DNA of 64,000 nt from Hydrolagus colliei. Lineage: Eukaryota. Positions 38,512-50,990 of the stretch are shown here, in pieces. Where the stretch lies: positions 9,672,001-9,736,000 of the forward strand of contig CM068750.1 in assembly GCA_035084275.1 (NCBI GenBank), written 5' to 3'. Every line of letters begins with the position of its first letter. The stretch's first letter is position 1. A program made the position numbers and the translations under genes. The notes under the pieces were generated by a model, which was not told the origin of the DNA, did not search any database, and saw nothing but the letters and a program-made list of their open reading frames with translations.

Positions 38512-38578
38512 CAAGCACCTTGGGATGTCTTTCCGACGTGAAAGACGCTGTACAAATGTAAATTGATTGTTGTTGTTG
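38512..38578 (+). mobile_element. L2-like 3' tail fragment
   Basis: agcaccttgggatgtctttccgacgtgaaagacgctgtacaaatgtaaattgattgttgttgttg. Confidence 0.65.
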
Positions 38579-39523
38579 GCACTTTCTACTTGAGAAACAA
38601 CTCAAGCAGAATTTTTCCAACCGTTTCTTTTAAAACATTCTCCCACCAGAGTAGTACTGTATCAAGTTCAATAGGAAATATATTGTGTGGGCAACCATTT
38701 TCAATATTTGTATTCCATTTTCATAACTACTTTTTAAAAATCACTAGTATGTGTTTTCCAACATCATCTCTGAGCAACCGTGTGTAAGTGAATCCTGCTT
38801 TGCTTGTAGGATATGCAGCTGCGGCCCATTGAAATAGTACATGTCGAAAGCAAGTGATAGTGTTGGTGGTAACATGGATCGCATGAATTGTTTCATAACT
38901 GTGCACTGACTTTATGTGCTCATTAATGAATTTCACTTCTGAACTATGCTGGAGTGTCTATTGGTCCAACTGTATGGACGTACCGACAATTAACCTAGAT
39001 GAATGTGTAAATTAGGGAAACTTTTTTTTAAATGCCTTTAGTAGGCTTAGCAGATGGGCAACAATTCATATCAACCTTCTCTTTTATTAATACTTTAAAT
39101 TGCAACCATAGAATATAGATCATCCACCAATATGAACACTTGGTATTGTGCTAATCTTTTTAAGCAAGTCTTTATCATTGTCAATTTATTTTGCCTTCTG
39201 AATAAATGCACTGTTCAATTAAATATCTTTTAATATTTAATCATAACATTAATTAATTATGGTTTAATAACAAAAAACATTTCAATGAATTTGAGTAAAT
39301 TTTATCAACAAGAATTCAAAATATTTTGGAATGCTTCCACATGTAAGCTGCTCTGTGCCATTTACCCTCAGCTGGGCAAATGAGATTGTTTGGGTCTGCA
39401 GACTCATCCATAATAGCACTGGATGCCATTCCAAAAATAGGTGGCCCTAGTTGTGATTCAGCTGCAATGAGCTGGACAGTGTCTGTATTTTCCAAGATTA
39501 AATCAATTGCAATATTATGCGGC

Positions 39524-39537
39524 GCTCCATCTGGTGG
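39524..39537 (-). promoter_or_regulatory. CTCF-like motif CCACCAGATGGAGC
   Basis: Reverse complement of gctccatctggtgg; one mismatch to the CTCF core consensus, with retained CpGs beside it. Confidence 0.45.
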
Positions 39538-40553
39538 CCTGGCTAAGGAGTGACAAAATTCACCCAACAAGAGACTGTTCAAATGACGGGGGCCCTAATA
39601 CTTGAACTCGTAGTCAACCGATTGGGAATCAGCTGCTTGCTCTGTGGTGCCTTATTTGAAGCACTGATTTATATTTAGCTGTATAGGGATATCACAATAT
39701 GATTTTTATAACTGTATAATAAATCATCTAAAAAATGGCACATTATATTGATTATTGGGAAACATTCAAAATATGTTGCTTCTTCCATTCTTTTCAATGG
39801 AAACACAACCAACATTTGTCCAATCAAATACCTTCATCTTAATTTTTGTTATTACTCTTCAGTTAGGATGATATTTCAGGTTATCGTTAGCACAATGAGG
39901 GAAAATGGATAGAAAGATTCTTAAGCATGTGCAATAGAAAATATTCTAATAATGTGCTTCATTGTAATCTAATTAGAACTGTCTTCACTGGAGTAAAAAT
40001 CCTCTTGAAAAGTCCAGTGTCCAACTGTCCAATAATTTCATCCCACTTCTGTCAGAATGCACATTTTCCTAGTTTGAAAACATTTACAAAACATTTTAAA
40101 CAGCCAAATGTTGACTAACATTTGTATCATGTACAATTCAGATTTTTTCAACATATATGATTTGTTTGGCATGAAGTCATCTGTTGCATGGTAATAATCC
40201 TTTGAACGTTTGCGTGCAAATGTTTTCCAAGTTATACTGCCTTGCCCTCTGACAGAGATACCAATGGCAGGGATAGAAATAGCAAGCTTGCCTGGCTGTT
40301 CTGTTGCTTGTGAAATGACAGAATGGAAGAAAAATAGCTGCAGGAGCCACGTTTAAGGAAAGCATATTGCTTTAGCTATTAGTGTCCTATGCCAGCAGCT
40401 GCCTATATTGTGACTGAATTAGAGTTGCCAGTAGTTTTAAGCTATGGGAGTTAGATTTAGGCTTTCCGTAAACTTTAGTCTCCTCTCTGTACCATAAACA
40501 AAGAAGAACAAAAATGGTATACTTGAGCTCTGAAAGTAATAGGTTTTATAGTA

Positions 40554-41294
40554 CAGTAGAAGCCCGTTTATCCGTGACTTGATGAACTGGCACTTCCATA
40601 TAACTGGCACTCCTTAAAAAAAAGGCCCCATTCGATAAACCGGAAGGTATCCGGAACAATAGCGGTGGAGCATTTGTAAATGCATAAATAATAACATAAT
40701 AACAGAATATTGTATTGGTACTTATTGTTAAAACTACTCTCTTGCACTTCTCACCTTTGCTGGTAGATACTGCGCTTGAAGCCATGATGCTGTGGTTGAG
40801 GTTTATAGTCCAGCGATTCTTTTTAAAATGGAGCACGCCAAGCTGGTTAAAAAAACGGAGCGCGACTTTAAAGCCATACTAGTGGCAAGCCGGTAACGCT
40901 AGCCAATAACCCACATTGTTGCGTAGGTGCAGTATTTCGGTTTGCCACTAGTAGAGTCTAGGGCTATCGGCTTGCAGCTAGTAAAGTCGCGTGACTTTAA
41001 AATCACGCTGCCATTTTGTTTACCCGCTTGGCGTCCATCATTTTTTTTTAATCGCTGGACTGTAAACCTCAATCAGTAAAGGTGAGAAGCACAAGAGAGT
41101 AGTTTTAACAATAAGTACCAATACAATGTTCTGTTATCATCTGTTATTATTTAGTCTGGTGTTTATGGTGTGTGTTAAAAGAACTTAAATTCTTTTGTGG
41201 TGGGTTTTCGGCCGCAGGCCGCTCGAATATCCGACAGGCGCTTTAACCAGCATTGGCCAGGTCCCGCGGGTGCCGGATAAACGGGCTTTTACTG
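40554..41294. mobile_element. Non-autonomous Tigger/pogo-type DNA transposon (MITE), 741 bp
   Basis: 21-bp TIRs CAGTAGAAGCCCGTTTATCCG (40554-40574) and CGGATAAACGGGCTTTTACTG (41274-41294), one mismatch; TA on both flanks; long internal inverted repeat; CpG-rich relative to flanks. Confidence 0.92.
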
Positions 41295-42466
41295 TATATC
41301 ACCCTACTGTAAGTCGTAAGTACTGTACTTTTTCTGTTCACCTCCCTGATCAATAAGAGAAACCTAATGAGTCACTCATAAAGGAAAGTTAGCAAAGAGT
41401 TATACTACCTGGCACAAGTATGTGTTTGTAATGAAATGTAAATGAATGATGGAAGTAGGTAGGGCTTGTACCCATATTTGAATTATTGTAGATGGCCAGG
41501 TGCTTTATTGCAAATTAGTTCATAGTTAAATGTAATGCCCTTGGGATAGGGTGGCTGGTCAAAAGCAGAATGTTATAGAAAATGTAGTTTATGCTCTCTA
41601 ACGCAAACTACAAAGTCCAAGTCAGTCCAGACTGTACAGCAGTTAGGTGGTTGCAGTTTTAGTGTAAGGCAAAGCCGATTGTAGTCAAGACATATAGCAG
41701 AAATGTTTTATTGTCAACAAATAATGTTCTTGTAGGAAATAAACTTGTTTGATCCAGTAATAGTGTTTCAATGCATTTGGATCCATCAAATGCTCAGAAA
41801 TCCCTCATTTGCGACTTTACATTGGGACCATGTAACAGAATAAGTATCAAAAGTAGAAAATACTTTTTGTAGAGGTTTTTCAGATTGTCAGACTGTACGT
41901 TAGACAGGATTCATACTTGGTGACTTTTTAACCTTTTGTGCCTCTGAAGCTAAGAACTGCCAATGTGAAGTTTTATTTATTGGGTGACAAAAATGTTGCT
42001 ATTCATTATTCCATACGGTTTAAATTAGAATTGATTTATACATTAAATCTTATCTGCAGTGGTCTTGAACTGTAAAAGCAGTCAGTAAGTTAAACTCGGA
42101 TCAAACATTTTGAAGACAATTTAAATTACTGCGCTGGAGTTTTAAATATATTTTAGCTTTGCTTGGTAAATTTCAATTGTATTTTAAATAATGTAAGGAC
42201 TCCTATTGCCCCGCCTCCCATTTTAAGGTAAATAAAGCTAATAGATGGTTGGCAGTGAGTTACTTGGAAATAATTCTATCAAACATTTCTGACAATGATA
42301 CAAACCATGAAAGGAAAACTGGAGCAGTGTTTGGATTCAATTGATTTACTGCCCTAAACTCATTTGCAAACTAATTGATATGCTTTACGATATGCAGGAT
42401 ATAGCTCTTCTGTTTTAAATAGCTGCCTTTAAAAATAGTCACTACAGTTTGTAGAAAAAAACCCTC

Positions 42467-42530
42467 CGTGAAACATTTTGAGATGTTTCAATGCAATGAA
42501 GCATTATATCAAATGCAAGGATTATTATTA
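42467..42530 (+). mobile_element. SINE tail fragment
   Basis: tatatcaaatgcaaggattattatta matches the tails at about 3623 and 10324. Confidence 0.65.
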
Positions 42531-45500
42531 AAGCTTGTTTTTTTTAATACAGTCTTATCCTTATGTGATGAGTTCTTTGAATATAGTAGAGGCAAAGTGA
42601 TGCAGGTAAAGGGTAATAAAGATGACTGTTCTCCAACCTTTGCATGAATGTGGCATATCTGATCGGTACGAGAGTAGTGTGGTTTTAATTACTACAGATT
42701 ACTGTATACCCATAAGATATTAGTAATTAAGCAGTACACTACCATTAAGTCAAATAAGCACAACGTATGTATTATGAGTTATTTGATAATGAATCATTAT
42801 GAGCCTAGAAAGGATTAGAGACAAGACACTTTATATTATTTAATTACATGTTGGGATATTGGTTTCAAGTGTAATTTTCTTCTTTTATCCGTAAATTCTG
42901 CATGATTATAATAGCTGCAGAAGTCTTATGTGTTACTTTCTCTGCTGCTTAGCTGAACACTTTATTGGTAGGGTGACTTTGGAATATATTTATTATTATC
43001 ACTATGGTTTACACAAAAGGCATAACTGTGTTGTATGGATTTGGTGTATGTGAAGATCAGTATTTTATCCTTTGCACCATATTTCTGTGGAATGTATATA
43101 TAGTATCTAAAGGAATAATGTTGTATCAAACAAGGATTTAGTTTAGTGATAACACACATCTTCAATTTTAAGATAAGATTTCCTATAGTATTACCTGAGT
43201 ACTGCAGATATATTGGAGAGCACATTTACAATACTATGGCATAGGACACCCTATTTGAACAAAAAATAGTGGGTATTCCTGGTTCAGTCTCATAATGGAA
43301 TCATTGAATGATCTAGGTCTCATATTGACAGAAATAGCTTTCTTTCAAAAACTGCAATAGGTAAAAATGTTTACATTTCCCACCAAGAAGGATTCACTGC
43401 ATTGACAGAAGACTAACATATCAGGGTCTCTACATGCACTTTGGTCTCTCTCTATCTCTTCTCCCCTTCCCCCCCCACCCACCCGACACCACCCCCCACC
43501 TCCCATTTTCCCCTAGATTTAGCAAAACTCATTGACAGGGCTTGAATCAATTTCTAGCTTCCAAGTGAGAAAACCGTGGCAAAATTATGTTTGCCCTGGA
43601 AGACAGTGTGTGTAAATGAGAAAGACTGTATAGTGGCAAAGTGTTCTCCTGTGGCCCTGCTAGTACAAGCTTTCCCCATATTGTCTCATGCTTTTATGTT
43701 AATTACAAGTTGCATTATCAGCTGTGAGTCTGTAGACCAGCAAATAGAAAATATTGCCCCAAGAGACCCAGCATCTTGTATCTATTTTCACTTTCCTACT
43801 ATTGTGCTGCGTTCAGTCTATAGCCTTTCTCTCTTTTACCCTGCCTTTTAAATCAATTAGGAATGAGCTAGGAGGTTACTTTTTTTTTGCCACTTGATTA
43901 AATAAGCTACTGGGAATTTTTACATGTCAACTATATGCCCTTGCGTTGTATGCCACGCACATTATCAAGAGATCTAATGCTATCTAGTTTGGTAGGGAAA
44001 GAAGAATTGGTGTACAGTTTATAGTGGTTTACAGTGCAGGTCAGACTGATGTTTGAAGTTTCCCATTTTGAAATGATATTCGTATAAAAATTAGTATTTT
44101 CAGCTACAAGAAGTAATGTAATTGTTAGTAATTTTGCCCTGATTGCGGTAAAAGTGTGAAAGATAAGGATTGCATCACGAAAGAAAAAAACATATGCTAA
44201 CATTTGCCGTAGAACATAGGAAAGGTGTTAGTGACTAATTAATGTAATTTTCATATCAGTGTTATAGAGCTTGTAGCTATAGACAACTTAGAATAGCTTG
44301 CAGTGCATAATGTGAACCTCGTTTTACATGTTCTTCAAAAACCGTCATCTAGGTGAACGTGTTGCATTTATCTTGGTTTCTATGGGAAGGTTCTAGGTTC
44401 TTGTTGTTACTGAACTAAATTCACGCAGAGCTATTGTTTCTTCTCTTATTCATTTAATTCTTTTAGCTCTTTATCTGATTACCATCCGGCAAACAGCTGA
44501 CGCTAAGAGGCTGCAGTAGGCTGAAGAGCCCCTGCCTACTGTTTGCCTTCAGCTTGAAGCTATTTGAGTGGTTTCCCAGCTTAGAGATAAAAAGCAATGC
44601 TCATAGGCACAAACCGTCCATAATCCAGGCAGCTGAGAAGTTACTGCATCTCTGAATTTTCCACTGCTCAGTTTTTATTTTAACGTCAGCAGTAATTACT
44701 GTATTAAAGCTTTTCTAGTCTGAACAACCTTCGTTCTCCACCAATTCAAGGCATTTCATCTGTTTCTAATTTTTCATCTTCAGCTGCACAATGGTAAAAT
44801 TGGTGATTTAATGTAATTTGCCTGTTTTTCTGTACTTATTTGTAAACATTTTTATTATATTTTACCGGTATTTTGATTTCATAGAAATAGAAAACACATG
44901 TTTTTGTGAGTTGGTCAGCTATAGTCATTGTACATATTTATCTTTAGATCACAATATTGACACGTCAGAATACTTCAGAGTCCACTTGGTTACTTTCTAT
45001 CGGCTTTTGCTATTGTGACTATGTGCAGGTGTCAAGTACCACATATCTAGCCCAAAGCCTGATCTGTTTCACGTGTTCCTTTACTTTTCTGTGAGAGGAA
45101 ATTCCATTTCTTCCCTCCCTTCATGTGGTGCTGATAAAGCTCTTCCTGTACAGTAGAAATTCTGTTTTCCTTTTAGTAGTGGCAGGGAATTGGGAATGAC
45201 CAGGAAGGGGGAGGAGGACCAGGAGGAGAATACATACTGCAATGCAGCAGAAAGTCATAACTTTCGTTCTTAATATTTATTTGTTTGACAGCAAACTTTT
45301 TAACTTCCCTCTCAAGGGGTAAAGGAGAACCCAAGGAAGTAAAAATATATATGCATTTTCTTTAACCATGTATTTTGATACTAGCTATGTCTTTAGTGCT
45401 ACTGTACATAGATACTTTATGATCTATGCAAAGTTTTACTAAGACAATTTATCTTATAAGAAATCTGAAGTCTTTAACTCTTAGTCTACCATTGGTTAGT

Positions 45501-45702
45501 TATCAGCGCACTTTGATTTTCCTTAAACAACCAAATGTTTTTCTCCCAGGAAAATAATCTGGGAAGAAAAGCAATGGTGTATGCAGATGATCCGACACGG
45601 TATATTTGTACATCGCTAATATGTTGCTCCTTGTTTTCTATGTTTTTCATTTATTTCTGGAACATTCACTGGAATCTCCTTGGGGGGGGGTCTTCACATT
45701 AG

Positions 45703-45915
<213 letters not shown>

Positions 45916-48900
45916 TAAGAGGGTGGGTGCATAATCAAATAAAAGCTGGTAATCAAAACAAAACTTAGAAAAAAAACAGCGACGCAAGTTGTATGAAGGA
46001 AATTATCTGGTAATTAATATGGATACACTGGTAACAGGTTAACAGGTTAAGTAACAAGTGCTGCTACTGACCTTGGTCTTTTAATATGAATAATGTTTTT
46101 TCTGGACAGTATAAATAAACCTGATCCAGTCAGGTGTCAGAGGTCACAGTGTGCTGCAAATTTTCTGAGATTTATCCACTTTTCAGCAAAGGGCAGCTGT
46201 ATATTTTGCACAATGAACAGTGAATGTAATTTGTCACGTAAATGATCAAGTATTAGGAGTACTGCTGTTGTGACAATGGAAGCAGACTTTTATATGACCA
46301 TAGCACTACATACACAGGAAAACTGTGGTTTTAATTTATTAGTAATATTAGTCTGTAAACGGAGGGAAAAAAACATTAATCTTATTGATATTTAAGGTTG
46401 TTGTGCATTTTTTTTGGTGTCATTTCTATAGCTCCTGAAAAGTAAATCTTTGAGAAGTATTGATCATTTTGCATGCATAAGTTCAAGCGACCTGCAATTT
46501 GTTGAGCACTTATTGACTATCTTCTGGGTTGAGTGCAGTGTTTTTAGAAGATGTCACAGATCATATTTTAATATGAAGACCTAGTGGATTATTAGTTACA
46601 CGAGAGACACAAAAGAGTAAATTGAATTTTGCTAGTAATAGGAAGAAATAAAATATTTGATGGAGACAACAGAAAGTGAAGCTGATTAAATGGTGTAATG
46701 AGGCCATCTTCCACAGAGCTGTTTTCTGAGAGGCTTGCTTTGACCTTTCGCTTTGCTCAGGAGCCTGATGCTTCATTTTTCACATTCTTGCAATTACGTT
46801 AACGCTTGAAGCATTTTGACTCCAAGTCTGCTCGCCACGCCAGGCATAACTCAGGACTGTGAGTTTTACCCTTATGCAGTTTCATTAACAGGTCGCTCGG
46901 GTCCCAGCTGAAATTCAAAACTGTCTTGTTGCATTGGGTTTACTGAGTTATGGTGGCAAGATACAGACTGGAGCATAGAGGAGATAGCCCTGGGGTTTTT
47001 AACTCTGCGTGTGTGTGTGTGTGTATATGTGGAACCAACTGCTCCGCTGTACAGAGGTGTTCAGCTTTTTTTAAAAAAGGATATTTCCATAAAACATAGC
47101 TCTTAAATCAGTCACAGTTTGTTTAAAGAAGTTCATTATGTGAGTCAAAGTCATCATTACAGTTTTTGTTTTGCTTACATTTGGGATGCAGCAAGAAGCT
47201 TAAATATACACTACTTCTGTCTGCATGTCTATGAGAGGAAATATGTGAGGGCATCGTATAACCAGAAATTAGTTTCACAAAGTATTGTTTGGTCTGCCTC
47301 AAAGAAGTGCCAATTTTTTTCAAGGAGAAAAAAAACACAAACAAGATTAGGAGCAATGGAGTGGTGGTAAAGCACTTTTGTGTACAAGGCTTAACCACTT
47401 TTTCAAACATTAAAAATAACCTTTTCAAATGTAAAAAAATCAATGTAGATTTGAAATAGTTCTCAGAAGTTTATATTCTTTAAAACATTGACTATGTCGG
47501 ACAGAGACGAATACAGGTATGAAACAATCGTAGTCTCTAAAATATGATTAATATAATACTATTTCAGTAATCATTTGGATTTTCACTTGATTTTGCACAG
47601 GGTAACTTGCTTTCTTCCCCATTGAGAGCTTTAGAGCGAACGATGAGGCATAGATTGAAGGACAGTAAACAGTTATCCAATTTTCAGGATCAAATGTAAA
47701 AGAAGTTGCAAAGTAATAATCTTTTTTTTTAAAGTATCACCCTAGTTTTAATCTTGTTACCAATGCATTTATTTCTGTAGTAAATGTAAATAGTGAGCCT
47801 GTGGGACACAGTGATTTCCATAATGCTGGAATTGGAAGGAGTGAGAAGAATGTGGCCCATAGAGAGAATAAAGTGATTTGAAAATGGAAATAGAAGGATT
47901 CCTGAAGATTTATGCTCAATTGCCTTTGGTTTCATAGAACATCTATATTAGAGCTCCTCCTCCCACCCCCCACTATTCCCGTAGTAGGTGGAGTGAAGTT
48001 CATTATAAGGGTAGGTTTGTTCCATGTGTTAAAATGTATTTTTCAAGTTCGAAAGAAATCACTTCCAATTTTTATGTGTGTGTAAGGTATAAACCACATC
48101 TTTCTCACAAGCGCTCAGCATGTCTAGGGGCCCTGGAACTTTGTTTATTCATTCAAGAGAGAATTTGAAATTCACACGAGAGGTATCAAAATTGCTAAAT
48201 CTAATGGTAACCAACCAGAATAACAGAACAGGAATTTAAATACTGTTTTACATAATTACATTGTTATTAAAGGGCTTTGATATTGTTTCAATTAAATGAT
48301 CACTGTATATTTATTTTCTTTCCACTTTTCTGAGACACTCTGGGAATGCTAAAATTGTTTTACATCAGTATAATTTGTTCAAGAATAATAGCTTGCAGGA
48401 AACAAGTGTTTATTCTTTTAAACAGATGAAATAAGGAAGATTTCATTTTGAAAAATTGCATATTAATTTATGAATAGAGTAGAGGTGTTTTCCACATTAC
48501 CCATTTGCTGCAGGAAATACTTTTATATCAATCTTGATCACATCTTGAGCTTTCTATTTCTAGTCAAATAAATCATTTTTTTTAATTTCAAGGCAAATTA
48601 TGTAATCACAAGATGTACAGTAGTTATTAGTTTTTAATATGTTACTTGACTGACATACTACAACACGAAACATTAAATACATTAAGCATATCAGAGTTTT
48701 GGATTTTGTTTATTTGCCAAATTCAACGTGCCAATTTAGCCAAAAAGTAAGATGGAAAAACTGGCTTCATCATCAGCTATGCATGAAAGAAAAATTGAAG
48801 TTGACAGGTATGCTGTAAGATTGTTGTACAGGGACATTTTTCTCAATTCATTTTTGTTAGGGCATTTTGTACACTTTGCAGCAATTGAACAATTCTCTTA

Positions 48901-50059
48901 CTGAGAATTCCCTGTAATACAGGACTTCCATGTGAAGGTCTGATGAATCCAGTCTGGAACCATTGCACATCAAAGTGACATGTCCTTCAATGGCTCATAT
49001 CAGATGCATTCAAAATACAGTATAAGTAAATTTACAAAATCAAGTCAACAGACCTTCTATAAACCTATTGGGACTGTCAAAATTTTAAATACAGCATCTT
49101 TACCATTTTAGGTTTTATTGCTTTCCTCTCTCCCCAGCTCTTCTGTTCTGGATAGGTTTACAAGGGAGCTATCTACTGTAAATGTGCCATGAGCACTGAC
49201 CAATTGAACCTGGACATCAAGTTGGAATACCTTTGGTGTCTTAGCCAAATAAAGCTGAGTCTTTTCTAAGATTAAGAAGAGAACTTTGTATAGGACTTTC
49301 AGCTCACATTATCCTACAAATGATACAGCACTGGATCAAATGTGAGGATTATTACTATTTAGTAGTTTGAACTGGGACAATACAGTAGTTAGGTTTGGAT
49401 GTTTTGGGTTCCAACTAGAGAAAGTATCCTTTGTACAGGAAATCTAAACAAAAAATCGGAATTGAACAGACAGTATATTACAGTCAGGTTTTCATGCATT
49501 TTATTGATTTCATTGGTTTGAATGTGGGTCAGAGATTGATGGACCAGTTTTAGTCTCAACAAACTGAATTTTTAAAGCAAAACTGTTTTGTTCATTTGCA
49601 GACAGCACATGAAGATTCCATAGCAGTGGAAATTCATTGTGACATGTTTAATAGACAAAAACAAGCAATACAAATTGAATTGAGTAATAACTTTTATCTC
49701 AGTATTCTTTTTTCTAAAGGTCTCGGAGACCTCCTTCTATAGTTGCAAGGGCCTCCAATATCCTACCAATGTGATCACTGTTAATGTGAGAATCTGTCTA
49801 CTGAATCAGTATACAATGCTGTGATTATGGGTGATGATGCACAACAAACCCAATTCTACACCTCATCAAATGTCCGTAGACTTGCATTTCCAGTAGGAAT
49901 TACTTAAACCAGTCAACACCAGGAACCTCGATTAACTTTGTTCACAATTTTGCCAGTCACCAACAGTTACAGCGATTGCTTCTATCATTGCCTTGTTTTG
50001 TCCTAATAACTAAATACACTAAGCTTGTCAGCAAAGATTGGCAGGCTGTGGAGGGCATC

Positions 50060-50265
50060 TCAGCTAAGCCAAATTCTGTTCTCATTCAATGTCTGCCCAC
50101 CTGGACTTTCCAGCATGGATCATTGGATAACAATTGGGAGTGGCAAGCACCCCCCCACCACCACCACCTCTCTCCCTTGCTCTGAATTCCTCAGGCTAAT
50201 TGTTCTGCCCCAACCACTAGCCATTTTGAGATCAGATTACTCAGGACAAACTGGTGACTTTCAGT
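50060..50265 (-). mobile_element. Diverged AmnSINE2-like copy
   Basis: Shares ttccag..ggatcattggata..gggagtgg, ggctaattgt and ttgagatcagattactcag, in order, with 54840-54970. Confidence 0.5.
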
Positions 50266-50789
50266 TTATTGTAATTCAGTGTTAGTTAGAGTGGCACTTT
50301 TGATGCCATTGGCAAACACAAGTCACATTCACTTTGGCCCAAGATGATGGAAAAGTGAATCCGAGTTTTCAGATTTTTAAATTGTATTCCCCTAAGCAGC
50401 TGAACCTTTAATTTATTGATCTCTGCCTCAATTTTAAAATGTATTTATTATTTTCCTCCCCCATGTCTTCTCGGTCAGAAGGGCAGGTAGATAACCTCCT
50501 CCCAGATCTTTGCCAATACAGCTCTCAATCCATCTGCTAGATATGCAAGAGTAGCCCAGGGCGAAATGGCCTCTGAATTGTGTGCCGCCTTTCCTGTGAG
50601 GAAACCAAATGGCCTGGTGTTTCTTCTGATGGCTCAGTTGTAAACTGAATGTTAACCTGTCCTTCACAATGTTGTGAAACGGGACATTTAGAAAAGTGGT
50701 GTGCTGCTTCACATTGTCCCAGGATGCGCTCCTGTGAAAGTACTCAGCCCTTCCCAATCTTGAATTTAACCTATGTACACACAGTGACA

Positions 50790-50990
50790 CTTTCTACAAT
50801 GGCCCTGAACAGTGATCAGGAGTGAGAACTTTCACTTATTCCCTCTCATCTTAGTCTAACAATATTCAGGCCAATTGAAGCAGCCTTGCAACTGCCTTAA
50901 TTGAGATTGGTTAATTTAACGAGTCCAAACCAAGACCCAAAATGTTTCTTGCTTGTGCAGCTCCCTGCCATATCAGGTAGCATATTTGGC
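50790..50990 (-). mobile_element. Diverged AmnSINE2-like copy
   Basis: gtgatcaggagtg, ggccaattgaagcagcc and ttgagattggttaa are collinear with 54860-54965. Confidence 0.45.
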
